DNA of 64,000 nucleotides, from the NCBI GenBank assembly GCA_025453605.1, contig JALOPZ010000002.1, forward strand, positions 388,631 to 452,630, read 5' to 3'. Every line of letters begins with the position of its first letter. The stretch's first letter is position 1. The position numbers were made by a program, and so were the translations under genes. A model generated the notes under the pieces. It was not told the origin of the DNA. It did no database searches and worked only from the letters and a program-made list of their open reading frames with translations. Positions 9,265 through 17,408 of this stretch are shown in pieces. This DNA comes from Candidatus Margulisiibacteriota bacterium (GTDB lineage: Bacteria > Margulisbacteria > WOR-1 > O2-12-FULL-45-9 > XYB2-FULL-48-7).

Positions 9265-9774
9265 ATGCTGCATTATTTCGGTAAATTCTGGACCAGGGTC
9301 CTGTTATGGTTGACCAGAATAACAGTTAAGATTGAGGGGGAGAAGAATATTCCGGCCGGGCCGGTCATCTACATTCAGGACCCGGCCGAAGCGCGTGACG
9401 GGATGGCAACACTCGCCTATCTCCCCGGTAAAGCGCACTTTATCTTTTCCTGCCGCCGCTTGGTCATCCCGCTCTTTGGTTTTCTGACGCTGGACCCAGC
9501 GAACCTGACCGTAATGCACGACGACGCGCTGGCGATCATCGGTAAACTGGAGAAGAAAGAAAGCGTCATTTTCTTTACTGACAAAGGAGAGATCAAGGGG
9601 GGAGTAACACTGATCGCACTGGAGACCAAACTGCCGGTCGTGCCGGTCAAAGTAAAACGTCAGGGGAAAGTAGTGACGATCAAGATCGGCAAACCGCTCC
9701 GCGCGGGGAACGCCGCCGACGACCACCGGCACCGGCAGGCGCTGAAAGCCGACCTGGAGAAGGCGCTGGCTTAA
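9265..9774 (+). CDS. PlsC/LPLAT-like acyltransferase-domain protein (catalytic HX4D not evident)
   Basis: Weak resemblance to 1-acyl-sn-glycerol-3-phosphate acyltransferases, with an N-terminal hydrophobic segment. It is convergent with the sigma-28-type island. Confidence 0.35.
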   Translation: MLHYFGKFWTRVLLWLTRITVKIEGEKNIPAGPVIYIQDPAEARDGMATLAYLPGKAHFIFSCRRLVIPLFGFLTLDPANLTVMHDDALAIIGKLEKKESVIFFTDKGEIKGGVTLIALETKLPVVPVKVKRQGKVVTIKIGKPLRAGNAADDHRHRQALKADLEKALA

Positions 9775-10085
9775 CTCGCGCCGAGGCCGCCAAGCTGGTC
9801 TTTGGCCTGCTCGATCGCGGCCAGGACCTTGTTCGCTCTGGCCTGTAAGGTGGGCGGGATCTGGCGAAGTTGTTTTTCCAGTTGGCCCAGCCGCTGCATC
9901 GTCTGTTCGCGCAGCTTGGTCTCGGCGATCTTATTCCCCTGCGAGACTTCCTCGTTGGTCTTCTGGTTGTAGTCCCGGATGATCCGCGAAACCTCCGCTC
10001 CCACGTTATCGATCTGCAGCGCCATCGCCTGGGCAGAATTGGCCAGCGAACCGAAACCGTAACTACCGTTTATATTCATGTTCAT
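9771..10085 (-). CDS. Hypothetical 104-aa coiled-coil protein (last gene of island operon 1)
   Basis: The ORF has host-like codon usage, is predicted helical (KLREQTMQRLGQLEKQLRQ) and lies 13 nt downstream of the 540-aa gene. Confidence 0.5.
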   Translation of the reverse strand: MNMNINGSYGFGSLANSAQAMALQIDNVGAEVSRIIRDYNQKTNEEVSQGNKIAETKLREQTMQRLGQLEKQLRQIPPTLQARANKVLAAIEQAKDQLGGLGAS

Positions 10086-10098
10086 CCTTCTCCTCCTT

Positions 10099-11721
10099 TT
10101 AAACCGCTTCGCGGACCAGGCGCAATTCCTGGCCGGGATTACCCAAATTGGACTCGGCGCAGAGCCGGGCGATCACGTCAGTCAGCAGCTTCTGCTTGCC
10201 GGTCAGGAACGCGACCGGCCCCCGGGCCTCGATCGCCGCCTTGACCACGGCCAGCTCTTCCTGGGCTTCCTGCAGCATCTTGGCGTTCGCCTTGTCGCGG
10301 AGCGAATCGAGCTCGGTCTGCGACAGAGCGACGCCGAGCTTTTCCAGATTCCGCAGGACCGTCTTGATCTTCTTTTCCGTGATCGACCAGGCGCTGCCGG
10401 ACAGCTTAGCATAGGTCGCCCGCTCTTCAAAGCCCTCGCGCAGCATTTCCATCAGTCGATAACGGGCCAACCCTTTCCCCTCCGTCTCGATCTGTTCTGT
10501 ATTGCTGACGCCGAGCTTGATCAGCCCGTTCTTGAGCTTGATCATCTTGAACTGGGTTTCCAGGATTGTCCGGGAGTCGCCGTTGACCGCGCGGCGCAGA
10601 TAGAGGGCGCGGAGCTTATCGGTCAGGATATCTTTTTCCTCGTCGGCCGTGTACTGGTACTGCCGCGGCCGTTCGTCGGCACTTCCCCCCTGCCCGCCGG
10701 CCGCCGCCTGGGCCCCCTGGTTATGGGCGATAACCGGCAGCAAGCCCTGGTCGAGACTGATGTCGGGGAGGCGCTGCATAAAGCCCTGGATGTCGAAACC
10801 GATCTTCTCGCCGAGCTTGAGGACCTGGTCGATCTCCTTGACGATCTTGTTTTCCGGCTGTTCGCCGACAGTCTTGCTGGTCAACCCCTCGGTCAGTTTT
10901 TCCGCCACAAAATCCTTGAGCTCCTGGGACTGGTCGCCTGTTTGGCGGTCGACCGCCCCTTTCAGGTCGCCCTCCCGGCCGCCGAAATCGTAACCGCCAA
11001 GCTTGTCGTTAAAGAAAGCAAAATCGATATACCCCTGGACCTCTTTCTTGCTGAGCAGCTCTTCGACCGATTTGCCGGGGGCGCAGAGCTGCTTGATGTA
11101 GCTCTGCTTGACCTGGCGCATGATCTCGGAGCGGACCGAATTGGCGGCGTTGAGCTTGACGCTCTGCAGTTCCTTGGGCGAAAAGCCTTTATCCTTGAGG
11201 AGCGAGGTTTCCAGCTGCTCCAGCTTTTTCTTCGCTTCGCCGCCGCCGGAGACTAAAAATTGCGAATAGGCGCCAAGATATTCCTTGACCGCCGCCCGGC
11301 TCGCCGGCCGCTGGTCAGCCTGCTGGCCGTCGGAACCGCCCTGCTGGCCGGGATCCTGCTTGGCCTTCTGGTTCTTACCGACATAATAGTCGGCCGACTT
11401 GATCTCTACCCGGTCACGGCCGCCCTCTTCCTTGTTCTCCAGGGCAAAGCCGAAATCCTCTTTCAGGCTCTGCATGATCTTGTTCGCCGGCATCTGCTGG
11501 GCCAGGCGGGCGGCGATCTGCGCCAGGATATGTTCCCCGGCTTTGCCTCCCCCTTTCTCCAGCGCTTTTTGCAGAGCGCTTTCGCTCAGAACGTTGCTCT
11601 GTTCCTGGTTCTGATCAACTTTTTTGTCGAGCGTGTTCTGGAGCAGCGTGTCCAGGCTCTGAGCCTGCGCCAGATTGGCGGCGACCGCTAACTGTTGATT
11701 ATTGGCTTGTTCGATCCCCAT
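10099..11721 (-). CDS. Hypothetical 540-aa protein (island operon 1)
   Basis: Long ORF with no recognised domain, Gln/Lys/Glu-rich with Gly-rich linkers, 2 nt downstream of the GT2-TPR gene. Confidence 0.6.
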   Translation of the reverse strand: MGIEQANNQQLAVAANLAQAQSLDTLLQNTLDKKVDQNQEQSNVLSESALQKALEKGGGKAGEHILAQIAARLAQQMPANKIMQSLKEDFGFALENKEEGGRDRVEIKSADYYVGKNQKAKQDPGQQGGSDGQQADQRPASRAAVKEYLGAYSQFLVSGGGEAKKKLEQLETSLLKDKGFSPKELQSVKLNAANSVRSEIMRQVKQSYIKQLCAPGKSVEELLSKKEVQGYIDFAFFNDKLGGYDFGGREGDLKGAVDRQTGDQSQELKDFVAEKLTEGLTSKTVGEQPENKIVKEIDQVLKLGEKIGFDIQGFMQRLPDISLDQGLLPVIAHNQGAQAAAGGQGGSADERPRQYQYTADEEKDILTDKLRALYLRRAVNGDSRTILETQFKMIKLKNGLIKLGVSNTEQIETEGKGLARYRLMEMLREGFEERATYAKLSGSAWSITEKKIKTVLRNLEKLGVALSQTELDSLRDKANAKMLQEAQEELAVVKAAIEARGPVAFLTGKQKLLTDVIARLCAESNLGNPGQELRLVREAV

Positions 11722-11723
11722 GT

Positions 11724-12767
11724 TCAGTTCCCCGCCCCGAACGGATAGATGGCGCGCGCCAGCGCCAGGTTCGCTTCGGCTTTCTCGCGTTCGCCTTTCT
11801 GCTTATAGGCCTGCCCGAGCAGGTAGTGCGGCAGCGCCTGATAGAGATACGGGTTCTCGACCGGGCTGTCCCACTTCTTGCCAGTGACCTCGGTCATGAT
11901 CTCGATCACCTGATCGGCCTTCCCCTGCATCAGGAACATGGTCGCAAAGACATCCTTGGCCGGAATATTTTCTTTATCAGCGGTATAAAGCTCCATTGCC
12001 GCCCGGCCGGCCGCCTGATATTCACCGAGCTGCAACAGATTGATCGCGATCTTCTCCTTAGCTTGCAAGACCAGGTCGGCAGCGGCTCCGAGCGTAACCA
12101 CCTGGCGGTAATGCTCGATCGCCTCCGCCTTGCGGCCGACCTCGGCCAGCGTGTTGGCCAGAAGAAAATGATAATACGGATCGGTCGGATTGGCGGCGCA
12201 GGCGGTGCCGTAGAGCTCCAGATAGCGTTCCCGTTTGGCCGCCATCTGCTCCGCCTCGCGCTGCTTACCCCAGTGATAAAGGGTGATCGGCAGCGCCGGG
12301 CCGCTGACGACCTTACCAGCCGCGTCGACCAGCTGCTCATTGATCGGCCTAACAAAGTGAATACCGAGGCCGTTCCGGAAAGCCTTGACCCGCTGGTAGC
12401 GGAACCCGTTCTGCGTCGTGCCGTAAGGGGCTTCGCACATCGTGATCTCGTAAGCCTCGGCCTTCCCGTTCTCAATGGCCGTACGCAGCTTCTTCAGTTC
12501 TGCGGTCTCCAGATACTCATCGGCGTCGATCCAGATGATCCAGTCGCCGGTCGCGTGCTTGAGCGATTCGTTGCGGGCGGCGGCAAAATCCTTGATCCAG
12601 GGGAAGTGATAGACCCTGGCGCCGTACTTTTCGGCAACCGCCACGGTCTGATCGGTCGAGCCGGTGTCGACCAGGATGAGCTCGTCGACCCCCTGGGCCA
12701 GCGCCGGAAGGACCAGCTGCAGAACAGCCGCTTCGTTCTTGACGATCATGCAGGCGGAGATTTTCAT
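11724..12767 (-). CDS. Family-2 glycosyltransferase with C-terminal TPR repeats
   Basis: MKISACMIVKNEAAVL...LVDTGSTDQT...WIIWIDADEYL is the GT2 DxD region. The C-terminal half has TPR-like repeats (EAIEHYRQVVTLGA..., LLGQAYKQKGEREKAEANLALA). Confidence 0.75.
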   Translation of the reverse strand: MKISACMIVKNEAAVLQLVLPALAQGVDELILVDTGSTDQTVAVAEKYGARVYHFPWIKDFAAARNESLKHATGDWIIWIDADEYLETAELKKLRTAIENGKAEAYEITMCEAPYGTTQNGFRYQRVKAFRNGLGIHFVRPINEQLVDAAGKVVSGPALPITLYHWGKQREAEQMAAKRERYLELYGTACAANPTDPYYHFLLANTLAEVGRKAEAIEHYRQVVTLGAAADLVLQAKEKIAINLLQLGEYQAAGRAAMELYTADKENIPAKDVFATMFLMQGKADQVIEIMTEVTGKKWDSPVENPYLYQALPHYLLGQAYKQKGEREKAEANLALARAIYPFGAGN

Positions 12768-13153
12768 CAGACCGCCACCTTGACCCGGGTCGGGTTAAGC
12801 TGTTGAGCGGCACGGCGGACCAATTTGGTATCGCCCTGTTCTTTTTCGAGCGTCTTGGTCAGCTGGGCCGCGTGCTGGGCCCGCAGGGCCTGCGCTTTGC
12901 GGATGTAGGAGTTGAGCCGTTCCAGCTTGATCAGGATCTCTTTTTTGTTGGTGCCGAAGATGCTCATCTCGTATTCAAGGTTCGATTTTTCCATGTAGAA
13001 ATCGCCGGTGATCCGGTCGATCGCTTCCAGCTTCATCTCCGAGAGCACGGCCGGCCGGTAATCGTGGCTGATGCCGAGCCGCTCCGCCTGGACCAGGAGC
13101 TGGTTCTTCAGTTCGGTAATGACTTTTTTCTGCGCTCTTTTTTTCTTGCTCAT
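12767..13153 (-). CDS. Hypothetical 128-aa protein (island operon 1)
   Basis: The start is set at the internal MSKKKRAQKK, which forms an ATGA overlap with the upstream gene's stop. The rest of the 181-aa ORF is antisense to that upstream coding sequence. Confidence 0.5.
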   Translation of the reverse strand: MSKKKRAQKKVITELKNQLLVQAERLGISHDYRPAVLSEMKLEAIDRITGDFYMEKSNLEYEMSIFGTNKKEILIKLERLNSYIRKAQALRAQHAAQLTKTLEKEQGDTKLVRRAAQQLNPTRVKVAV

Positions 13154-13680
13154 GCCAGTATCTCGTGCATCGTTTCGTCGTAAATGGTCTGCCGCATCGC
13201 CGTGTGGTTCTGGTCGATCTGGTCGGCGCGGACCTGGGAGCGGAGGTCGGAGAGCTCTTCGGCGCTGACACCGAAGTGAGCAAGCTGGTCCATGACGTTG
13301 CCGACGAGCCATTCGGAGACGCGGGCCAAAAGCCGGTTGTGCGAAAACATGTTGCCGTAGGCGCCGACGTAGGCTTTCTTGAAGCGGTTGACCAGCTCTT
13401 CGCGCATGGTGGCCGGTTTGGCGCTGTCGAGCTTCCCGCCGACAGTGGTGGTAGCTGACGCGAGCAGTGAGGTAGAATCGTCAAGCCCGGGGACGACCGC
13501 CTTAAAATCGGCGCCGCTATTATCCTCGACCCATTTCAGCTGCGATTCCCTAGTCGCGGCAGCGGATTTGTCGGTCAGCGACTGCTGTTCTTGCGGCTTT
13601 TGCTGGCCAAGCGCCAACTTCGCCTGGAGGGCGTACTCTTTGGCTCCCGAAAATCCGCTGGTAAGTGCTAGTTCGCTCAT
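13150..13680 (-). CDS. Hypothetical 176-aa protein (first gene of island operon 1)
   Basis: The ORF lies 16 nt downstream of sigma-28-like motif P1. No known domain. Confidence 0.55.
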   Translation of the reverse strand: MSELALTSGFSGAKEYALQAKLALGQQKPQEQQSLTDKSAAATRESQLKWVEDNSGADFKAVVPGLDDSTSLLASATTTVGGKLDSAKPATMREELVNRFKKAYVGAYGNMFSHNRLLARVSEWLVGNVMDQLAHFGVSAEELSDLRSQVRADQIDQNHTAMRQTIYDETMHEILA

Positions 13681-13696
13681 AGCTCTGCTCTAATAA

Positions 13697-13725
13697 TATA
13701 TCGGGCCAAGAGGGGGAAAACTTGC
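13697..13725 (-). promoter_or_regulatory. Sigma-28-like promoter motif P1: GCAAGTTTT-CCCCCTCTTGG-CCCGATATAT (gene strand)
   Basis: Reverse complement of tatatcgggccaagagggggaaaacttgc. It matches TAAAGTTT-N11-GCCGATAA in both elements and in spacing. The ATG lies 16 nt downstream. Confidence 0.65.
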
Positions 13726-13754
13726 ATCAAAAGAGCGTTTTTTTGTAGGCTAGA

Positions 13755-16031
13755 TCAGGCTTTTTTCGGCTTCTTTTCGGGAGCTTTCTGCAACTGGCGG
13801 CTCCGTTCGGCCCGTTCCGCGTTGCTCCGTTTATCGGCCGCCTTAGCGGTCGCTTCCCGTTCCTGCTGCCGTTTCTCAGCCGTTTTCTGGTCGGCGCGGC
13901 GGCTGGCCGCCTTTCTGGCTTCGTTGGCCGCCTCCACTTTTTTGTTAGCGGCGATCTCGTTGCCCTTTTCGGTAAAATCTTCCTTATCCTGATTATATTC
14001 GCGCTCGTTAGCTTTGCGCACATGCGCCCGCTCCCCGGCCAGGCGGAGCCCCATCCCGTTGCCGCTCTTGTAGAGCTGGCCGAGCAGGTGGACGACCCAG
14101 TTCTTGGTGTAGGCCGTGCCGGAGGTCGCGGTCGTCGAGTTCAGGCCAACAAACTGCATCCCGGAGTAAGCCGGGTGGTAATAATCCTCGTTCTGCTTGG
14201 TGTTCATCGTCACCCCATAGAGCGAGCTGACGATCGAACGCCAGTAAACCGTTTCGTCATTCGGGGATAACCTGGTCGCGCCTCCACCCGATCCGTTATT
14301 GGCGATCAGGATAACACTATCGGCAAATTTTCGGTCGTAACCGTAAGCGGCTGTCCGCTGCTCCGCGGCATACTTGTGAACGTTATAAACATATGCGCCG
14401 TTCACCGGGGTCCATTTAATATCTTCAGTAAAATCGGCCCCGCCCGGCCCGCCAAATTCGCCATAGCCGATCGCGACCCATTTCCCCTCTTTATCCTGGA
14501 CATAATCGTTGGTCCCGATCGTCACCGGAATCCCGCTGACCGCCAACCCGATCCCGAGGTCGCCGCCATAATTTACCTGGTTCGCCTCGCGAGCATAATA
14601 ATTTCCGAACCAGCTCTTGATAAAGGCATTAGCCTTGTCGTAGAGCTTCTTGCGGTTCAGAAAATCCTGCTTTTCCGCGTCGCTTAGCTCATCGACGTCC
14701 GTGTTGTCATATTGCTCCTGGGTCAGGCCGGAATAAGTGTACCGCCAGGTAAAAAGGTTCTGGCTGGCCAGGTCGGAATCCTGATCGACCGATGGGGTAT
14801 GATCGTTCATCCGATAATTTTCGTAGTCGCCCAGATAGTCGTTGAACTGGCGGGCCCCCATCGCCTGGGAAAAATCCCAGAACCGCATATTATCCAGCTG
14901 GGAGAGACTTAAACCAGCATTTTTGTTCCCTTCCCAGTACGCAGTCATGTGATTGGTGACGGTATGCTGGAGCTGAAAATAATTGGTAAAAAGGGAGATC
15001 TCATGGTAGTTATAATACGGCTTGTGCGCCCGAACAAAGGCATCGATATGCGTCATCATCTGTTTGTCATTACGCGTCTGATCGACCGGGCCAAAGACCT
15101 GTCGCTCCATGAACCAGATCCGGCGTGACGATTCCTTCATTGCCAGGGTGAGCATCATCTTACCGGTGGCGTCGAGGCCATTATAAGCCCCGCTCATGAC
15201 GATGTCGTAAAAGCTTTTGTTGCCAAAAGTGCTGTTCAACCAACTGGTCAACCGGGTAAAGCTCCAGCTCTCACCGGTCCAATCGCTAAGCAGCCCTAAT
15301 CCCTCGTCCCCATTGATAAAGTAGGCCTGATTGGCATCAGCCGCCCCTACCGCGTCCGGTGTCCCCGGCCGTTTGGCCCGGCTTAGGTGGTTCCACTCGC
15401 CGGCAGCGACCCGGAAATCGAGATTTTTGTACGATAACCCCATGTTCTTACCGGCCGAGACATTGGCCTGCTCATTGCTGCCGGGGCCGAACGAACCGGA
15501 TTTGTGCCGCTGGCCGGAGACCCAGTTATTGCGCCAATCGTTCAGGCCGCTACTGCCGGGATGCGACGCCTCCCAGGCTTTGAGTGAGACTTCGTTATCG
15601 ACCACGCCATTTTTGGCTAATCGTTTCATTTCTTCGTAATACCGGTACATCTTTTGGTCGTCCGCGTTGCTGCTCCCGGCCTTGCTCTTCCAATCGTCGG
15701 TGAACTGGCGCCATTCACTACCGTCGTTTTCATCGATCGTAAAGCCCCATTCGTTGAACTCTTTCAGCCAGTCATCCGTGACTCTGGTCGTTTCTTTGCC
15801 GTTCTGCAGCGCGACTCCCTCGCCTTCGTCGGCAAACGCGGTCCCTTCACAGTACATCTGCTCAAAGCCGGGGAGCCACTTCATCATCTCCTGGCCAAAA
15901 TTGGCCAGCCGGGCTAAGCCGGCATCTTTGGTGAGAAAGTTCTGCAGGTCGCGGGTCCGGGGCATAAGCTTGCGGCGCGGCGGCCGCAGCTGATATTCGT
16001 CCGTAGCGAGGAGGTTATTCCACGACGTCAT
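13755..16031 (-). CDS. Hypothetical 758-aa Trp/Tyr-rich protein with a ~110-aa Lys/Ala/Glu/Arg-rich C-terminal tail
   Basis: Long ORF. The tail ...NKKVEAANEARKAASRRADQKTAEKRQQEREATAKAADKRS...KKPKKA is histone-H1-like low complexity. Third gene of island operon 2. Confidence 0.6.
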   Translation of the reverse strand: MTSWNNLLATDEYQLRPPRRKLMPRTRDLQNFLTKDAGLARLANFGQEMMKWLPGFEQMYCEGTAFADEGEGVALQNGKETTRVTDDWLKEFNEWGFTIDENDGSEWRQFTDDWKSKAGSSNADDQKMYRYYEEMKRLAKNGVVDNEVSLKAWEASHPGSSGLNDWRNNWVSGQRHKSGSFGPGSNEQANVSAGKNMGLSYKNLDFRVAAGEWNHLSRAKRPGTPDAVGAADANQAYFINGDEGLGLLSDWTGESWSFTRLTSWLNSTFGNKSFYDIVMSGAYNGLDATGKMMLTLAMKESSRRIWFMERQVFGPVDQTRNDKQMMTHIDAFVRAHKPYYNYHEISLFTNYFQLQHTVTNHMTAYWEGNKNAGLSLSQLDNMRFWDFSQAMGARQFNDYLGDYENYRMNDHTPSVDQDSDLASQNLFTWRYTYSGLTQEQYDNTDVDELSDAEKQDFLNRKKLYDKANAFIKSWFGNYYAREANQVNYGGDLGIGLAVSGIPVTIGTNDYVQDKEGKWVAIGYGEFGGPGGADFTEDIKWTPVNGAYVYNVHKYAAEQRTAAYGYDRKFADSVILIANNGSGGGATRLSPNDETVYWRSIVSSLYGVTMNTKQNEDYYHPAYSGMQFVGLNSTTATSGTAYTKNWVVHLLGQLYKSGNGMGLRLAGERAHVRKANEREYNQDKEDFTEKGNEIAANKKVEAANEARKAASRRADQKTAEKRQQEREATAKAADKRSNAERAERSRQLQKAPEKKPKKA

Positions 16032-16049
16032 GCCTGCTCCCTAGCGGGG

Positions 16050-16376
16050 TTACCCGCCAAACAGGGAGAAGAGCTTATTGGAGAGATCGAGATCGTTCTT
16101 CTTGATAGCGAGGAGGCGATCGATCACGGAGAGCGTATCGGAGTTCCACTTGTCGGCCAGATAGGTGGCGGCCGCCGAGTCTTTTCTCACGATGTGGCCC
16201 TGGATCTCGACCGTTTCGGTCGTGTCGTCCGACATCGCTTCAACATAGGTCTTCATGTCCTGGTTGAACTTCTGCCAGAAATCGACGATCTTATCGGTAA
16301 CGCTGCTGGCGTCCTTTTCGTAGGAAGCCCCCTGTAGCTGGGATAATATTGCGTAACCGCTCTGAATTTCACTCAT
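16050..16376 (-). CDS. Hypothetical 108-aa acidic protein
   Basis: ORF between the 111-aa and 758-aa genes. It could be chaperone-like (small, acidic), but this is speculative. Confidence 0.45.
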   Translation of the reverse strand: MSEIQSGYAILSQLQGASYEKDASSVTDKIVDFWQKFNQDMKTYVEAMSDDTTETVEIQGHIVRKDSAAATYLADKWNSDTLSVIDRLLAIKKNDLDLSNKLFSLFGG

Positions 16377-16463
16377 CTTTTTCCATCTCCTTTTCCGTCC
16401 GCTTCAACCAGGGTTGCCTGATTTAAGAGGACGGGGCCCCCGGAGGGGCCACCGTCAACATTC

Positions 16464-16799
16464 TTACAGCTTCTGGGACAGCTTCGCATTGATCTGCTTG
16501 TCGAGGTTCGAGGCAGAGGCCAAGCCGCTCGCCTGGTTCTGCTGCCGCATGCTAAATTGTTCATTGACGTACAGGAAAGCCGAACCGTCAACCTTGACCG
16601 CTTTCCCGGCGCTGGTGACCACGCAACCGGCCGCATTCGCTTCGGCAGTCGTGTGACCTTTTCCCGCGTTGTAATCCGAAGCCTGGATGTCAGCACCAGA
16701 GTTCGCGTCAACGCCTTCGAAAGCATTGATGACCTGGTTTTGCCACGCATCGGTCTTTTGGTCCATCTTTATAAAAGAATCTGTCATATCTACGCTCAT
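16464..16799 (-). CDS. Hypothetical 111-aa protein (first gene of island operon 2)
   Basis: Preceded by the RBS AAAAGGGGGTGA and a ~95-nt leader from motif P2. Confidence 0.5.
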   Translation of the reverse strand: MSVDMTDSFIKMDQKTDAWQNQVINAFEGVDANSGADIQASDYNAGKGHTTAEANAAGCVVTSAGKAVKVDGSAFLYVNEQFSMRQQNQASGLASASNLDKQINAKLSQKL

Positions 16800-16869
16800 G
16801 TTCTTTCACCCCCTTTTAGTTTGGCCCGCCTGTCGAGAGCGAGCCTGATCTCCGATCCCCTTCCAATTG

Positions 16870-16898
16870 CTTATCGGGTCGAGCCCCGCAAAACTTGC
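16870..16898 (-). promoter_or_regulatory. Sigma-28-like promoter motif P2: GCAAGTTTT-GCGGGGCTCGA-CCCGATAAGC
   Basis: Reverse complement of cttatcgggtcgagccccgcaaaacttgc. It is the closest match to the E. coli FliA -10 GCCGATAA. Confidence 0.65.
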
Positions 16899-16901
16899 AT
16901 C

Positions 16902-17156
16902 CTAGACAACGGTATTTTGGACCAGCATCCCGGGGAGCGGCAGCCCGCCGAGCCCGGCCATGTAGCTTTTCACTTCGTGGGCCGCCGGCATAATAGCGTC
17001 GAGCTTGGCGCCGGCGCCGGCCGTCCCCGACCCGTCATTCCCCAAACCGAGCGCCTGGGAGACGTTATCACCGAGGGAATTAAGCGAGAGACCGCCTCCG
17101 CTCAGGTCGATCCCGTATTTGCTCTTGAGAGACTCTTCGGCGCGCAGCATGCTCAT
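16902..17156 (-). CDS. Hypothetical 85-aa Gly/Leu-rich protein
   Basis: The track ORF 16902..17219 is trimmed to the internal MSMLRAEE, because motif P3 lies inside the longer ORF's first 20 codons. Gly-rich (LGLGNDGSGTAGAGA...AGLGGLPLPGML). Confidence 0.45.
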   Translation of the reverse strand: MSMLRAEESLKSKYGIDLSGGGLSLNSLGDNVSQALGLGNDGSGTAGAGAKLDAIMPAAHEVKSYMAGLGGLPLPGMLVQNTVV

Positions 17157-17165
17157 GGCACTGTT

Positions 17166-17194
17166 ATTATCGGGGGGAGAGGCGGAAAACTTGC
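17166..17194 (-). promoter_or_regulatory. Sigma-28-like promoter motif P3: GCAAGTTTT-CCGCCTCTCCC-CCCGATAATA
   Basis: Reverse complement of ttattatcggggggagaggcggaaaacttgc. The ATG lies 9 nt downstream (leaderless-type). Confidence 0.6.
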
Positions 17195-17219
17195 ATTGCG
17201 GAGGTGACAGGGAAAACAC

Positions 17220-17408
17220 TAATTCTCACTAATTTGTCCGCTCGCGAATAACGCTAATGGGATTTTCACTAATTAGGCGAAGCACTCTAATTGACGCTTA
17301 TATCGCGAATATTGAGTAACATTAAATAATTAGCGTAGATTAGTGATGATTAGCGTCTTTAGCAAAATCCCATTAGCGATATTAGAGATCCTGGGTAATT
17401 AGTGATAA
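17220..17408. repeat. AT-rich (~35% GC) spacer with reiterated TAATTAGCG / CACTAATTAG motifs and a perfect 15-bp inverted repeat (cgctaatgggatttt at 17252-17266, aaaatcccattagcg at 17364-17378)
   Basis: Read directly from the sequence. It lies between the end of the giant operon and motif P3. No ORF of 60 aa or more. Confidence 0.7.

Noticed and set aside
10078-11256. 392-aa plus-strand ORF antisense to the 540-aa island gene (also 11826..12806, 21203..22009, 22208..23611, 18671..19237)
   Set aside because: The minus-strand frames carry the promoter motifs, start contexts and coherent operon structure. The plus-strand ORFs are Leu/Asp/Gly-rich mirror artefacts of GC-rich codons.
13691-13730. 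Sigma-54 (-24/-12 TGGCAC-N5-TTGCA) interpretation of the repeated island motif, because TTGGCC appears in site P1
   Set aside because: GG/GC elements and spacing are not conserved across the six sites, whereas AAGTTT and CCGATA at N11 spacing are. A sigma-28-type assignment fits much better.
16902-17219. Full-length 105-aa version of the ORF (start at 17219)
   Set aside because: Promoter motif P3 lies within its first 20 codons. An internal Met 9 nt downstream of the motif gives a consistent leaderless arrangement, so the shorter 85-aa product is preferred.
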